NCBI GenBank assembly: GCA_963817955.1
Contig: CAWFQK010000009.1
Span: 96,001-160,000 of the forward strand
Source: an uncultured Gemmatimonadaceae bacterium
Lineage (GTDB): Bacteria > Gemmatimonadota > Gemmatimonadetes > Gemmatimonadales > Gemmatimonadaceae
Direction: 5' to 3'
DNA: 64,000 bases
This document shows positions 41,088 to 52,562 of this stretch, piece by piece (within the stretch, counting starts at the first letter, position 1; every line of letters begins with the position of its first letter). The translations under genes and the position numbers were made by a program. Below the pieces are notes generated by a model. The model was not told the DNA's origin. It searched no databases and saw nothing but the letters and a program-made list of their open reading frames with translations.

Positions 41088-43997
41088 GTTCACCGCCGTG
41101 TAGGCGGCTTAGAAGGATTTTCCGCCTTCCATTCGAACGCCGCGATGGTTCACCGCCGTGTAGGCGGCTTAGAAGTCCAGGCGAATGCCAAAGTTGCCGG
41201 GCATGTTGTTCACCGCCGTGTAGGCGGCTTAGAAGGTCGTGGCTGGCCCTCCGGCTGGTCCCGGTGCGTTCACCGCCGTGTAGGCGGCTTAGAAGATCCC
41301 GCTGATCGTCGAATGCGCGACGCCGGAGTTCACCGCCGTGTAGGCGGCTTAGAAGAGTCCGGACGCGAGCGCAACGATCCAGCTAGAGTTCACCGCCGTG
41401 TAGGCGGCTTAGAAGTTACAGCGCTGTAGCGTCCGGCAGGCTTATCGGTTCACCGCCGTGTAGGCGGCTTAGAAGACCTGCCTGGTCGCCCACGGCGCCA
41501 GCGGTATGTTCACCGCCGTGTAGGCGGCTTAGAAGAATGTGAGAGAAAGGGATAGTAGCCTTTCCGCGTTCACCGCCGTGTAGGCGGCTTAGAAGGCCAG
41601 TCAATCCGTTCGCGCGTGATTTTGCGCGTTCACCGCCGTGTAGGCGGCTTAGAAGGCCCGGCGTTCGCGTCGGAGCAGTGCGAGGCAGTTCACCGCCGTG
41701 TAGGCGGCTTAGAAGATCCGATGATGCGGTAGACGCCAGGGGCGACGGTTCACCGCCGTGTAGGCGGCTTAGAAGAGTGAGGCATCGGCCCTGTTGAGCA
41801 GCGGCGCGTTCACCGCCGTGTAGGCGGCTTAGAAGTTCTCTCCCGATCAGGAGATCCGCGGCGTTCTGTTCACCGCCGTGTAGGCGGCTTAGAAGGACAC
41901 GCTCGCTGTCAGCGTCGTCGCCGTCACGTTCACCGCCGTGTAGGCGGCTTAGAAGCCCGGAGAATCGCCCCGTCCCCGTTGCGTTCGGTTCACCGCCGTG
42001 TAGGCGGCTTAGAAGAACACGTTGACCGCCACGGTCATCAAAATGGAGTTCACCGCCGTGTAGGCGGCTTAGAAGGATGCGTGGGGCACCGGGACGGCGG
42101 CAACAGAGTTCACCGCCGTGTAGGCGGCTTAGAAGCTTCAGGTACGCGGCGATGGCGCGGCGGATCAGTTCACCGCCGTGTAGGCGGCTTAGAAGCAGTT
42201 GCACGAATCCAGGCTGGCCGAACGGGGCGTTCACCGCCGTGTAGGCGGCTTAGAAGTCGCGCCGGTCGCGCCAGAGATCGGGCCGCCTGTTCACCGCCGT
42301 GTAGGCGGCTTAGAAGCGCGCCTCGCGCAAGGATACCAACCCCCATGTGTTCACCGCCGTGTAGGCGGCTTAGAAGCCGGCCATGAGACTATTGATTGAC
42401 GGCATCTCGTTCACCGCCGTGTAGGCGGCTTAGAAGTCGCAGCCGCCGGTAGCGACAGCGACGCGACAGTTCACCGCCGTGTAGGCGGCTTAGAAGTCGG
42501 CACCGGGACCAGCCGGCGTGACTGGCCCGTTCACCGCCGTGTAGGCGGCTTAGAAGGATCGGCGAGCCCAACGCGCACACCCGGTGAATGTTCACCGCCG
42601 TGTAGGCGGCTTAGAAGACCACACGCCGCAGAATCGCTGCTCCGGTGTCGTTCACCGCCGTGTAGGCGGCTTAGAAGAGGAGCCCGCGCCGATCATCGTC
42701 GCGCTACCGGTTCACCGCCGTGTAGGCGGCTTAGAAGAGCGACCGTGCTCCCGGGTGGATTCGTGTTCAGTTCACCGCCGTGTAGGCGGCTTAGAAGTTG
42801 GTCTGGGCGCGGCCCGGCGTCGCGTAACTGTTCACCGCCGTGTAGGCGGCTTAGAAGGGTTCACCGCGAGGATTTTGACTGCGGGGTGCGTTCACCGCCG
42901 TGTAGGCGGCTTAGAAGGTGTCGCCGGTGTCAGCGTCCGGGCCGAACAAGTTCACCGCCGTGTAGGCGGCTTAGAAGTACCGGCCGGTGGCCGCCGGGGC
43001 GATCGACGAGTTCACCGCCGTGTAGGCGGCTTAGAAGTATTCGCGATGGACACAGGGCGCTTCAATGCCGTTCACCGCCGTGTAGGCGGCTTAGAAGTGC
43101 GTCACCGACCGAGCCGTGATCGTGTACGAGTTCACCGCCGTGTAGGCGGCTTAGAAGTTCAGCCATCGCCGCATAGATGAGATTCTGGAGTTCACCGCCG
43201 TGTAGGCGGCTTAGAAGAGCACGGCAACGCGGCGCGCGGACGCCATGTTGTTCACCGCCGTGTAGGCGGCTTAGAAGACGGGCGCCGGCACTGTATACGT
43301 CACCCCGGCGTTCACCGCCGTGTAGGCGGCTTAGAAGTGGGCGCGACGAATCCGGATCTCGCGCGGATCGTTCACCGCCGTGTAGGCGGCTTAGAAGGTG
43401 CAGGAGCCCGAGGAGCCCGAGACGTTGCCGTTCACCGCCGTGTAGGCGGCTTAGAAGATGCGCGCTATTCTTCCGCGCATGACGAAACTGTTCACCGCCG
43501 TGTAGGCGGCTTAGAAGTCGCGCCGGTCGCGCCACAAGTCGGGCCGCCTGTTCACCGCCGTGTAGGCGGCTTAGAAGGTATCAGAGGCGCCCGCATTCTC
43601 GATTACGTCGTTCACCGCCGTGTAGGCGGCTTAGAAGCGCATCGTGAGCGTATGTTCAACCGCCTGGTGGTTCACCGCCGTGTAGGCGGCTTAGAAGTCC
43701 TCCGCACTGCCGAAGTCCCAGCCCGAACCGTTCACCGCCGTGTAGGCGGCTTAGAAGTTCTCGGCTTTGGTCATGCCCTTCATGAAGTCGTTCACCGCCG
43801 TGTAGGCGGCTTAGAAGGTGCGATCAATCGCGAAGTTCGGGACCGTCATGTTCACCGCCGTGTAGGCGGCTTAGAAGATCGCCGCGCGGCGGATCCTTGA
43901 GATACGGGTGTTCACCGCCGTGTAGGCGGCTTAGAAGATACGTTCACGAAAGACGTCGCAATGGACGAAGTTCACCGCCGTGTAGGCGGCTTAGAAG
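41088..43997 (+). CRISPR. Type I-F array segment 1: 49 repeats GTTCACCGCCGTGTAGGCGGCTTAGAAG
   Basis: 60-bp period, 32-nt spacers (two of 33 nt), hairpin CCGCC-GTGTA-GGCGG. Confidence 0.99.
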
Positions 43998-44136
43998 ATC
44001 TGGCGTGCGGATTCCGACGAAGTTGACCACCGAGTCCGATCGAAGCTGACCACCGAGTCCGACGAATCTGACCAGCACGTTAGCAGTGGCGGTTGTGTCG
44101 GAGCGAAGCGACGGGCAGTGGATCAGTGAGCCGTGG

Positions 44137-44907
44137 TTAGGAGGTCGGGGTCGGAGTGGACGGGGAGTGCTCGGCCGCAGCCAGGCGTTTGCGCATGGAG
44201 CCGCCCTTGAGGGTGAGAGTGTGCGCGCCATGCACGAGTCGGTCGAGGATGGCGTCGGCGAGCGTGGGATTGCCAATGTATTCGTGCCAGTGTTCGATCG
44301 GCAGTTGACTCGTGACGAGCGTCGCCCGCTTACGATACCGATCGTCCAGCACTTCGAGCAGATCGCGTCGTTCGGGATCGTTCAGCGACACAAGTCCCCA
44401 ATCGTCCAAAATGACTAGATCCGTCTTGGCGATCTTGAGGAGCAGCTTGGGGTACGAGCCGTCCGCGCGCGCGAGCGCGAGCGCATGGAGGAGCCGGCCG
44501 AGGCGGAAGTAGCGCGTGGTCAGCCCGTGGCGGCAGGCGGCGTGGCCCAACGCACACGCGAGATAACTCTTGCCCACCCCGGTGGCCCCGACCAGGAGCA
44601 CGACCTGGTGCTGCCGCACCCACTCCGCGGAAATCAGCCGCACGAGGACGCTGCGATCGAGCCCGCGCGGCGCCCGCCAGTCGATGTCCTCGGCGGCCGC
44701 CGCGGTGAGGGCGAGCCGCGCGTCCTGTAAGAGGCGCTGCAGTCGGCGGTCTTCGCGGTAGGTCACCTCCCGCTCGAGCAAGAGTGCGAGGCGTTCTTCA
44801 AAGGGGAGATCGACCGCCGCACTGGTCTGGAGTTGCTCGCCGAAGGCGGCCGCCATGCCGGGCAGCCGGAGGGCGTGAAGGCGCTCGACGGTCGTATACG
44901 AGGTCAT
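44137..44907 (-). CDS. istB: IS21 helper ATPase
   Basis: GATGVGKSYLA, LVILDDWG, TSQLP, DAILDRL; ATGA overlap with istA. Confidence 0.95.
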   Translation of the reverse strand: MTSYTTVERLHALRLPGMAAAFGEQLQTSAAVDLPFEERLALLLEREVTYREDRRLQRLLQDARLALTAAAAEDIDWRAPRGLDRSVLVRLISAEWVRQHQVVLLVGATGVGKSYLACALGHAACRHGLTTRYFRLGRLLHALALARADGSYPKLLLKIAKTDLVILDDWGLVSLNDPERRDLLEVLDDRYRKRATLVTSQLPIEHWHEYIGNPTLADAILDRLVHGAHTLTLKGGSMRKRLAAAEHSPSTPTPTS

Positions 44908-46502
44908 AATGAGAGTTTCTCCTGGATCGGGGGATGTGCGAGGGACGCGAGGGACGAGGGAGGTGAGGGTGGCGTGAAGTAGTTCGCGCCACGCACGTGG
45001 GCATGGGTCGGCGGCAGCGTCAGCGTGGCGGGCTCTTCGAGCGGCACGGCATCGAGACCATGTTCGAGAATGGATTTCACCGAGCGATAGGACACCGCGC
45101 CGCTGCGGAGAGCGCGGAAGCACGCCGCCTCGACTCGGGGGTCGGTGTACCGCTTGGCGAGACTCATGAGGCCGAGGCAGGCGCGATAGCCCTGCTCCGG
45201 GTGGGGCTTGCTCTCGAGAATTCGCTGGACCACGGCGCCCGTGGACTGGCCGATGGCCTCCCCCCAGCGGACCAATCGATCCGGCGTCCACTCGAGATGC
45301 TTCTGGTGCGCCTTGGGCCGGTGCGTGGGCTCGGTGGTGAAGCCGCCGATGTGGCGACTGCGCGGATGCAGGGCGACGCGTTGCCCGCCGTACAAGATTT
45401 CGACCGCCGTGGCGGTGAGCCGCACCTCGACGGATTTGCGGAGCAGCCGATGCGGCACGCTGTAGTAGTGCCGCTCGACCTCGATGTGATAGTCGATGTT
45501 CACGCGCGCTTTCTTCCACTCCGAGTATGTATATGAGTGACTCGGGAGCGGCAGGAGCGCGGGGCGGTCGAGCGTCTCCAACAGCGTGCGGCGGGTGCCC
45601 GCGAGCTTCTGAAACGGCCGGTCGTTGAGTGCGGCGAGCAGTCGCGCGATTTCGCGATTGGCCGCCGCGAGGCCGATGAGCGTGTGGTGCCGGAGGGGGG
45701 CCAGGACCCAGCGCTCACAGATTTGCACCGCTGTTTCAACTTTCGCCTTGTCCCGAGGCGACCGCACCCGGGTGGGCAGCACCGTGGTCCCGTAGTGTGC
45801 CGCGAGATCGGCGTACGTGGGGTTGACGTCGGGATCATAGAAACACGGCTGGCGGACGCCCGTGCGCAGATTATCCGGGATTGTCAGGCGTGGCACCCCG
45901 CCGAAGCCCGCGTACATCCGCACGTGTGAGCCGATCCAGTCCGGCAGCGACTGCGTCCACGTCAGCTCGGCGAACGTGTAGTTGCTCGCGCCCAGCGTGC
46001 CGACGAAGAGCTGCGCCTCGCGGCACTCGCCCGTGCTCGGGTCCACGACGGGGAGCGTCTGCCCGGCATAATCGACGAACACTTTCTCCCCGGCGACGTG
46101 GACCTGACGCAGCACCGGATCCAGCGTGTCCGCCCACGCGCGATAGAGCGTCGTAAACTGCGAATACTGATAGCCCGTCGGCTGGGTGGCCTTGTACTCT
46201 AACCAGAGGAGCCGCAGGGTGACCCCTTTGCGGCGCAGCTCCTGGTGCAGCGTCGGCCAGTCTGGGAGGAGTTTGGGGATCGTCAGCGGCTCGGGAGGAA
46301 CGAGCTGGGCGCTCAACGCTGCGTCATCGAGGCGCGCGCAGTCCGGCCACTGCACGCCGGCCAGCGTCGCGCGATCCAGATAGAGCCCAACGGTATTGTG
46401 GCTGATGTTCAGGCTGCGGCCAATGGCCCGGCGACTGAGGCCCGTGGCAGCGAGGCGGAGCACTTCACGAAGTTTGCGCATGGAGAGGCGGTCTGCGGCC
46501 AT
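44904..46502 (-). CDS. istA: IS21 transposase
   Basis: GEKVFVDYAG, PDNL, PRDKAKVE, HVRGANY. Confidence 0.96.
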   Translation of the reverse strand: MAADRLSMRKLREVLRLAATGLSRRAIGRSLNISHNTVGLYLDRATLAGVQWPDCARLDDAALSAQLVPPEPLTIPKLLPDWPTLHQELRRKGVTLRLLWLEYKATQPTGYQYSQFTTLYRAWADTLDPVLRQVHVAGEKVFVDYAGQTLPVVDPSTGECREAQLFVGTLGASNYTFAELTWTQSLPDWIGSHVRMYAGFGGVPRLTIPDNLRTGVRQPCFYDPDVNPTYADLAAHYGTTVLPTRVRSPRDKAKVETAVQICERWVLAPLRHHTLIGLAAANREIARLLAALNDRPFQKLAGTRRTLLETLDRPALLPLPSHSYTYSEWKKARVNIDYHIEVERHYYSVPHRLLRKSVEVRLTATAVEILYGGQRVALHPRSRHIGGFTTEPTHRPKAHQKHLEWTPDRLVRWGEAIGQSTGAVVQRILESKPHPEQGYRACLGLMSLAKRYTDPRVEAACFRALRSGAVSYRSVKSILEHGLDAVPLEEPATLTLPPTHAHVRGANYFTPPSPPSSLASLAHPPIQEKLSL

Positions 46503-46793
46503 GGTCTTCTCCTGGGAGGTCCAGGGGAAGCCGTCGGCGTTCGATCGTCCGTCGCCTTACTTCTCCAAAGCCGCGATGCGCAGCAGTGCTCAGCGGTGCC
46601 GTGGTGGGCGGCTTCCCCGTCACGGCTGGTCAATATCGCCGGAACGGGTGGGCAGCATCACCGGAATCGCTGGTCAGATTCGTCGGAATCGGTGGTCAGC
46701 TTGCACCGGAATCGCTGGTCAGCTTGGCCCGGATTCGGTGGTCAGAATCGGCCGGAATACGCACTGGCGCGAGAACGCGGGGTCAGGCGCCGT

Positions 46794-49700
46794 GTTCACC
46801 GCCGTGTAGGCGGCTTAGAAGGCTCGTAGGTGGCGTGGGCGGGACCAACCTGTGTTCACCGCCGTGTAGGCGGCTTAGAAGTTGAAGGTGAGCGTATCCT
46901 GTCCCGCCGCGAGGTTCACCGCCGTGTAGGCGGCTTAGAAGTCCCGCACGAACGGCGCTCTTCCAGCGCAAAGGTTCACCGCCGTGTAGGCGGCTTAGAA
47001 GACGCTCAACGCCCAGGATCACACACTCTCGATGTTCACCGCCGTGTAGGCGGCTTAGAAGTGTCGCGTCCATCTCGGACCCTACCAGCCCGCGTTCACC
47101 GCCGTGTAGGCGGCTTAGAAGTCGCTCGAGCGCAGGAATAGCGTCCCCTGACCGTTCACCGCCGTGTAGGCGGCTTAGAAGATTGTCGAGCAGCGTCGGC
47201 AGCACTTCATTGAGTTCACCGCCGTGTAGGCGGCTTAGAAGTTCCGCGCGGGGCTCAACGTCCACGCGGCGGGGTTCACCGCCGTGTAGGCGGCTTAGAA
47301 GTCAACGCCGTGCGAGTGCGCGGTGCGGTGCACGTTCACCGCCGTGTAGGCGGCTTAGAAGCCCAGGCAATCAACGGGGTTCCGTTCGACGGAGTTCACC
47401 GCCGTGTAGGCGGCTTAGAAGACACTTGAGTTGCGTGCGATGGCCGATCAGCTGTTCACCGCCGTGTAGGCGGCTTAGAAGTCGATCGCCGCAGCAATCA
47501 GCTCGGCGTCACTGTTCACCGCCGTGTAGGCGGCTTAGAAGTTGCATCGGAGCGCATTCGCACGCTTGCACTCGTTCACCGCCGTGTAGGCGGCTTAGAA
47601 GGCTCCCGCCGCTCGGAGGATCGACGGCCGCGCGTTCACCGCCGTGTAGGCGGCTTAGAAGTACGACGCGCGCTGCGCCGGGGCAACCGTGACGTTCACC
47701 GCCGTGTAGGCGGCTTAGAAGTCGACCCACGCGTTATTGAGCTTGTCCGCAATGTTCACCGCCGTGTAGGCGGCTTAGAAGGATTCGCGCGCGCCGAGTC
47801 GCACGTTCTCGAGGTTCACCGCCGTGTAGGCGGCTTAGAAGTCGTCCGCCGTCCACTCAAGCGCCTCAACGCCGTTCACCGCCGTGTAGGCGGCTTAGAA
47901 GGATGCGCCAGGCCGCGAGACCGGCGACGATCCGTTCACCGCCGTGTAGGCGGCTTAGAAGTGCGTGAGATCCGTGGTGAGGACGAGGTTACCGTTCACC
48001 GCCGTGTAGGCGGCTTAGAAGTCCGACGGCAATCGCTACCTCGTCCGCCGTCCGTTCACCGCCGTGTAGGCGGCTTAGAAGGCAGGGCATCCGGCGATGT
48101 GCGCGCACTGGGAGTTCACCGCCGTGTAGGCGGCTTAGAAGAAGAGCGGCGGTGAATCCACTGATATCGACTAGTTCACCGCCGTGTAGGCGGCTTAGAA
48201 GAGGACGCCAAGGGCGATCTCGCGCTGCGCGGGGTTCACCGCCGTGTAGGCGGCTTAGAAGCTGATCACGCGCCTCGGCCTCGCACTCGTCCATGTTCAC
48301 CGCCGTGTAGGCGGCTTAGAAGGTTGCAGCCGGTGTATTACCAGCCGCCCCAGTGTTCACCGCCGTGTAGGCGGCTTAGAAGTGGACGACGCGCATCACG
48401 CGTGGTTTGGGCTCGTTCACCGCCGTGTAGGCGGCTTAGAAGGGAGCGAGACATGACGCAGACCACGCAGACCCGTTCACCGCCGTGTAGGCGGCTTAGA
48501 AGACATCCCGTCACGTCCGGCTATGGGATATTCTGTTCACCGCCGTGTAGGCGGCTTAGAAGCATCGCGCCCGACTGGAACGCACCCGGAGCACGTTCAC
48601 CGCCGTGTAGGCGGCTTAGAAGGCGTCGGCCAGCCGCTCCGCCGTCGTCTCGAAGTTCACCGCCGTGTAGGCGGCTTAGAAGGCCTCTTCACGTCGGAGG
48701 GGATGATCTACCACGTTCACCGCCGTGTAGGCGGCTTAGAAGTGGAATCGCGGCACCAGTTCCTCGCGCCACAGGTTCACCGCCGTGTAGGCGGCTTAGA
48801 AGATTGTCGAGCAGCGTCGGGAGCACCTCGTTGAGTTCACCGCCGTGTAGGCGGCTTAGAAGAGCCGTTCGCGGATGAACAGGGCCACTTTTTCGTTCAC
48901 CGCCGTGTAGGCGGCTTAGAAGATTCAGAAGCGTGAAGAGAAGGCCGCCGACTCGTTCACCGCCGTGTAGGCGGCTTAGAAGTTGGCGTGTCAGGGTGTA
49001 GGTCATGCCGTCCCGTTCACCGCCGTGTAGGCGGCTTAGAAGTCCAGGTCAAAGTGCGCGGCCTCGTCGATCACGTTCACCGCCGTGTAGGCGGCTTAGA
49101 AGTCCAGTTCGCCGACGACGAGCGCCACCCACTCGTTCACCGCCGTGTAGGCGGCTTAGAAGAACGCCGGGCCCGATGGCAACGGCGACAAGCGGTTCAC
49201 CGCCGTGTAGGCGGCTTAGAAGAACACAGTACTCGCCAGCGTGGAGGGCTGAGCGTTCACCGCCGTGTAGGCGGCTTAGAAGTGCAGGGCGGTGACGTGC
49301 TGTGGGTCGCCGTGGTTCACCGCCGTGTAGGCGGCTTAGAAGCACGGCTCTTTCGGTAACTCCTTGCTCGCAGCGTTCACCGCCGTGTAGGCGGCTTAGA
49401 AGAAAGTCGGCGCGTGGGAGGCGTTCGCGAACGCGTTCACCGCCGTGTAGGCGGCTTAGAAGTCTTTCTTGGCGAAGTGGGTGATCTTCACCGAGTTCAC
49501 CGCCGTGTAGGCGGCTTAGAAGGAAAGAGTCGCTGGCGTATGCCACATCAGGGTGTTCACCGCCGTGTAGGCGGCTTAGAAGCAGACGAGCCGGTACTCC
49601 CCTTTGCCGGCGGTGTTCACCGCCGTGTAGGCGGCTTAGAAGTCCAATACGGCGCGGAGAAACGGTACGTCACTGTTCACCGCCGTGTAGGCGGCTTAGA

Positions 49701-51086
49701 AGGCTCGCGTCGTAGGCCCGTGCGTAGCCCGTGGGTTCACCGCCGTGTAGGCGGCTTAGAAGACGGTCGCGGCGCCGGCGCCGACCCTCGACTTGTTCAC
49801 CGCCGTGTAGGCGGCTTAGAAGTGACACCTACGGCAGGCAGCGAGCCGCAATGAGTTCACCGCCGTGTAGGCGGCTTAGAAGGACCCGGAGACGAACAAA
49901 GTCGACGCGATCGCTCGGGTTCACCGCCGTGTAGGCGGCTTAGAAGTGCGTATCAGGACGCACAAACACGTCCATCGCGTTCACCGCCGTGTAGGCGGCT
50001 TAGAAGTCCATGTTGCTACTCTTGCCGCTGCCGTTCTCGTTCACCGCCGTGTAGGCGGCTTAGAAGGGCTGCGCGGGGTCGATGTTGTCCACGATCACGT
50101 TCACCGCCGTGTAGGCGGCTTAGAAGCAACGGGGAGCAGTTCCGCGTGATGCTCGCGCGTTCACCGCCGTGTAGGCGGCTTAGAAGATATCGCCCGCGTG
50201 TCGATCGTCATGGCGTACGTTCACCGCCGCCGTGTAGGCGGCTTAGAAGTGGCGCCATCCGATCGCTACGGACGTAACGCAGTTCACCGCCGTGTAGGCG
50301 GCTTAGAAGAGATCAGGCAGTTTGCCGACCGGCACGACACTGTTCACCGCCGTGTAGGCGGCTTAGAAGACTTGAACGACCTAATCGCGCTCTGCCATCG
50401 GGTTCACCGCCGTGTAGGCGGCTTAGAAGGTCATGGCCGCGCTCCGTGCCGGCAGAGGCGAGTTCACCGCCGTGTAGGCGGCTTAGAAGTCGGCGATGGC
50501 CGCCCAGACGAGAAACTGTATGTTCACCGCCGTGTAGGCGGCTTAGAAGTGATCCAGCGAGGGATGGAAGAGTCCATATGCGTTCACCGCCGTGTAGGCG
50601 GCTTAGAAGATGAGCGCACGCACAGCCAGCGCCTCGCGGGCGTTCACCGCCGTGTAGGCGGCTTAGAAGTTGGCGCGACTGTGGCCCCAGGGGCACACAC
50701 CGTTCACCGCCGTGTAGGCGGCTTAGAAGTCGCACTCGGCCATCAAGGCACTAATCCGCTCGTTCACCGCCGTGTAGGCGGCTTAGAAGTGCCACGCGTG
50801 GGACCAGCGCATCCCCGTAATGTTCACCGCCGTGTAGGCGGCTTAGAAGTGCCACGCGTGGGACCAGCGCATCCCCGTAATGTTCACCGCCGTGTAGGCT
50901 GCTTAGAAGAATCACATTGGCCAGATGACCATGGGAGAACTGTTCACCGCCGTGTAGGCGGCTTAGAAGACGAGATCAAAGCAGCGCTCGCCGCGGGACG
51001 TGTTCACCGCCGTGTAGGCGGCTTAGAAGGCTATCTGTTCGCCGTGCCGGCGCCGATCCTCGTTCACCGCCGTGTAGGCGGCTTAG
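46794..51086 (+). CRISPR. Array segment 2: 72 repeats, the last split by an IS
   Basis: Same repeat. Variants at 50219 (+CCG) and 50882 (G>T); one 33-nt and one 36-nt spacer. Confidence 0.99.
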
Positions 51087-52562
51087 CTCGACTTTGGCCA
51101 TTTCTCACGCGTTGTGAGCGAGGCGCGGATAGCGGCCTCATGACGTGACGAAGCGGGTGACCTCGTAGACTGACACAACTCCTTGCAAGAGTACTGTGTC
51201 ATGTCGACGCTGCCGACCCGCTTCGCCTCGATCATCCTAGCATTTTCCGGACTCTTTCGCCAGCGGACGTGGCGGTACGCGGAACGGCTCCTCGTCGGCG
51301 CCATTCTCGCGCCGGGTATTCGCACCGTCGCGAGCGCCCTGCGCGTCCTCGGGCTGGCCGACGAGCGCCATTTCGTGAACTACCATCGCGTGCTGAGTCG
51401 AGCCCCCTGGTCCCCCCGTGCGGCGAGTCGGATCTTGCTTGCTCTGCTCGTGCGCGCCTTCGTGCCGACCGGTCCGATCGTGCTTGGCCTCGATGACACC
51501 ATCGAGCGTCGGCGCGGCGCCAAGATTCACGCCAAAGGCATCTATCGGGATCCGGTCCATTCCTCGCACAGTCACTTCGTGAAAACGAGTGGGTTGCGCT
51601 GGCTCTCGGTCATGCTCCTGGCGCCGATCCCGTGGGCGAAGCGCGTCTGGGCCTTGCCGATCCTCACGGCGCTGGCGCCCTCCGAGCGCTATGCCCAGGA
51701 GCGCGGCCTGCGGCACAAGCGGCTCACGGATTGGGCGCGGCAACTGCTCGGCCAACTCCAGCGCTGGTTGCCCGGGCGCGCCCTTATCATGGTAGCCGAC
51801 GCGAGCTTCGCGGCCTTGGACCTCCTCGGGGCCCTCGCGCCCAAGATGACCTGCATTACACGCTTCCGACTCGATGCCCAGCTCTATGCGCCCGCCCCAC
51901 GCCGCGGCCCGCATCGGCACGGTCGCCCGCGCAAGAAAGGGGCGCGTCTGCCCGCGTTGAATCGCGTGCTGCTCAGCCGCGCGACGTCGTGGACCCGGCT
52001 CACCGTCCCGGGTTGGTATGGCGAGACGAGCCGCGACATCGAGGTCACCTCCGACACCGCCGTCTGGTACTCGCATGGCGTCGCGTTGCCCATTCGTTGG
52101 GTGCTCGTGCGCGATCCGCTCGGCCGGTTCGATCCGCAAGCGTTGCTCTGCACCGATCTCGCGCTCGCGCCGCTCGCGATCGTCCAGTATTTCGTGCAGC
52201 GGTGGCAGGTCGAGGTCACGTTTGAAGAAGCTCGCCGGCATCTGGGCCTCGAGACGCAACGGCAATGGTCCGACCGCGCCATCGCCCGGACGACCCCCGT
52301 CCTGTTGAGCCTCTTCTCCTTGGTCACGTTGCTGGCCCACCGCCTCGTCCGCGCCGGCACGCTGCCAGTCCGCCGCACGGCTTGGTATCAGAAACCGACG
52401 CCCACCTTCAGCGATGCCCTCGCTGCCGTGCGGGCCGACCTCTGGCGCCACGAGGATTTCCACATATCCACATCGCACCGGCACATTCCAAAAGTCTCAC
52501 GCCGCTTACTCGCTCGCCTCACCGCCATCTTGTGCGAGGCGGCGTGAATGGCCAAAGTCGAG
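51087..52562 (+). mobile_element. IS701-like element (1476 bp) inserted within a CRISPR repeat
   Basis: Perfect 16-bp TIR CTCGACTTTGGCCATT / AATGGCCAAAGTCGAG; TSD CTTAG at 51082-51086 and 52563-52567. Confidence 0.92.
51201..52547 (+). CDS. DDE transposase (IS701-like)
   Basis: LGLDDTIERR, VADASF, QRWQVEVTFEEARRHLG, WYQK..PTFSD. Confidence 0.9.
   Translation: MSTLPTRFASIILAFSGLFRQRTWRYAERLLVGAILAPGIRTVASALRVLGLADERHFVNYHRVLSRAPWSPRAASRILLALLVRAFVPTGPIVLGLDDTIERRRGAKIHAKGIYRDPVHSSHSHFVKTSGLRWLSVMLLAPIPWAKRVWALPILTALAPSERYAQERGLRHKRLTDWARQLLGQLQRWLPGRALIMVADASFAALDLLGALAPKMTCITRFRLDAQLYAPAPRRGPHRHGRPRKKGARLPALNRVLLSRATSWTRLTVPGWYGETSRDIEVTSDTAVWYSHGVALPIRWVLVRDPLGRFDPQALLCTDLALAPLAIVQYFVQRWQVEVTFEEARRHLGLETQRQWSDRAIARTTPVLLSLFSLVTLLAHRLVRAGTLPVRRTAWYQKPTPTFSDALAAVRADLWRHEDFHISTSHRHIPKVSRRLLARLTAILCEAA

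Larger units (their letters stand above)
44006..46763 (-). mobile_element. IS21-family element (2758 bp) inserted in spacer 49
   Basis: Ends TGCGGATTCCG / CGGAATACGCA, multiple ~22-bp subterminal repeats, TSD CTGGCG at 44000-44005 and 46764-46769. Confidence 0.96.

Noticed and set aside
42858..42889. Spacer containing GTTCACCGC, the start of the repeat
   Set aside because: Only a 9-nt match with no hairpin; compatible with chance.
32842..46763. CRISPR-associated transposon (I-F3 CAST) interpretation
   Set aside because: Cas3 and Cas1 are intact, cas8f and cas5f are separate, there is no tnsABC/tniQ, and istAB has its own ends and TSD inside a spacer.
41054..51148. ORFs with repeating VHRRVGGLE / LLSRLHGGE / SPPCRRLR
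   Set aside because: They are translations of the CRISPR repeat; the 60-bp period keeps frames open.
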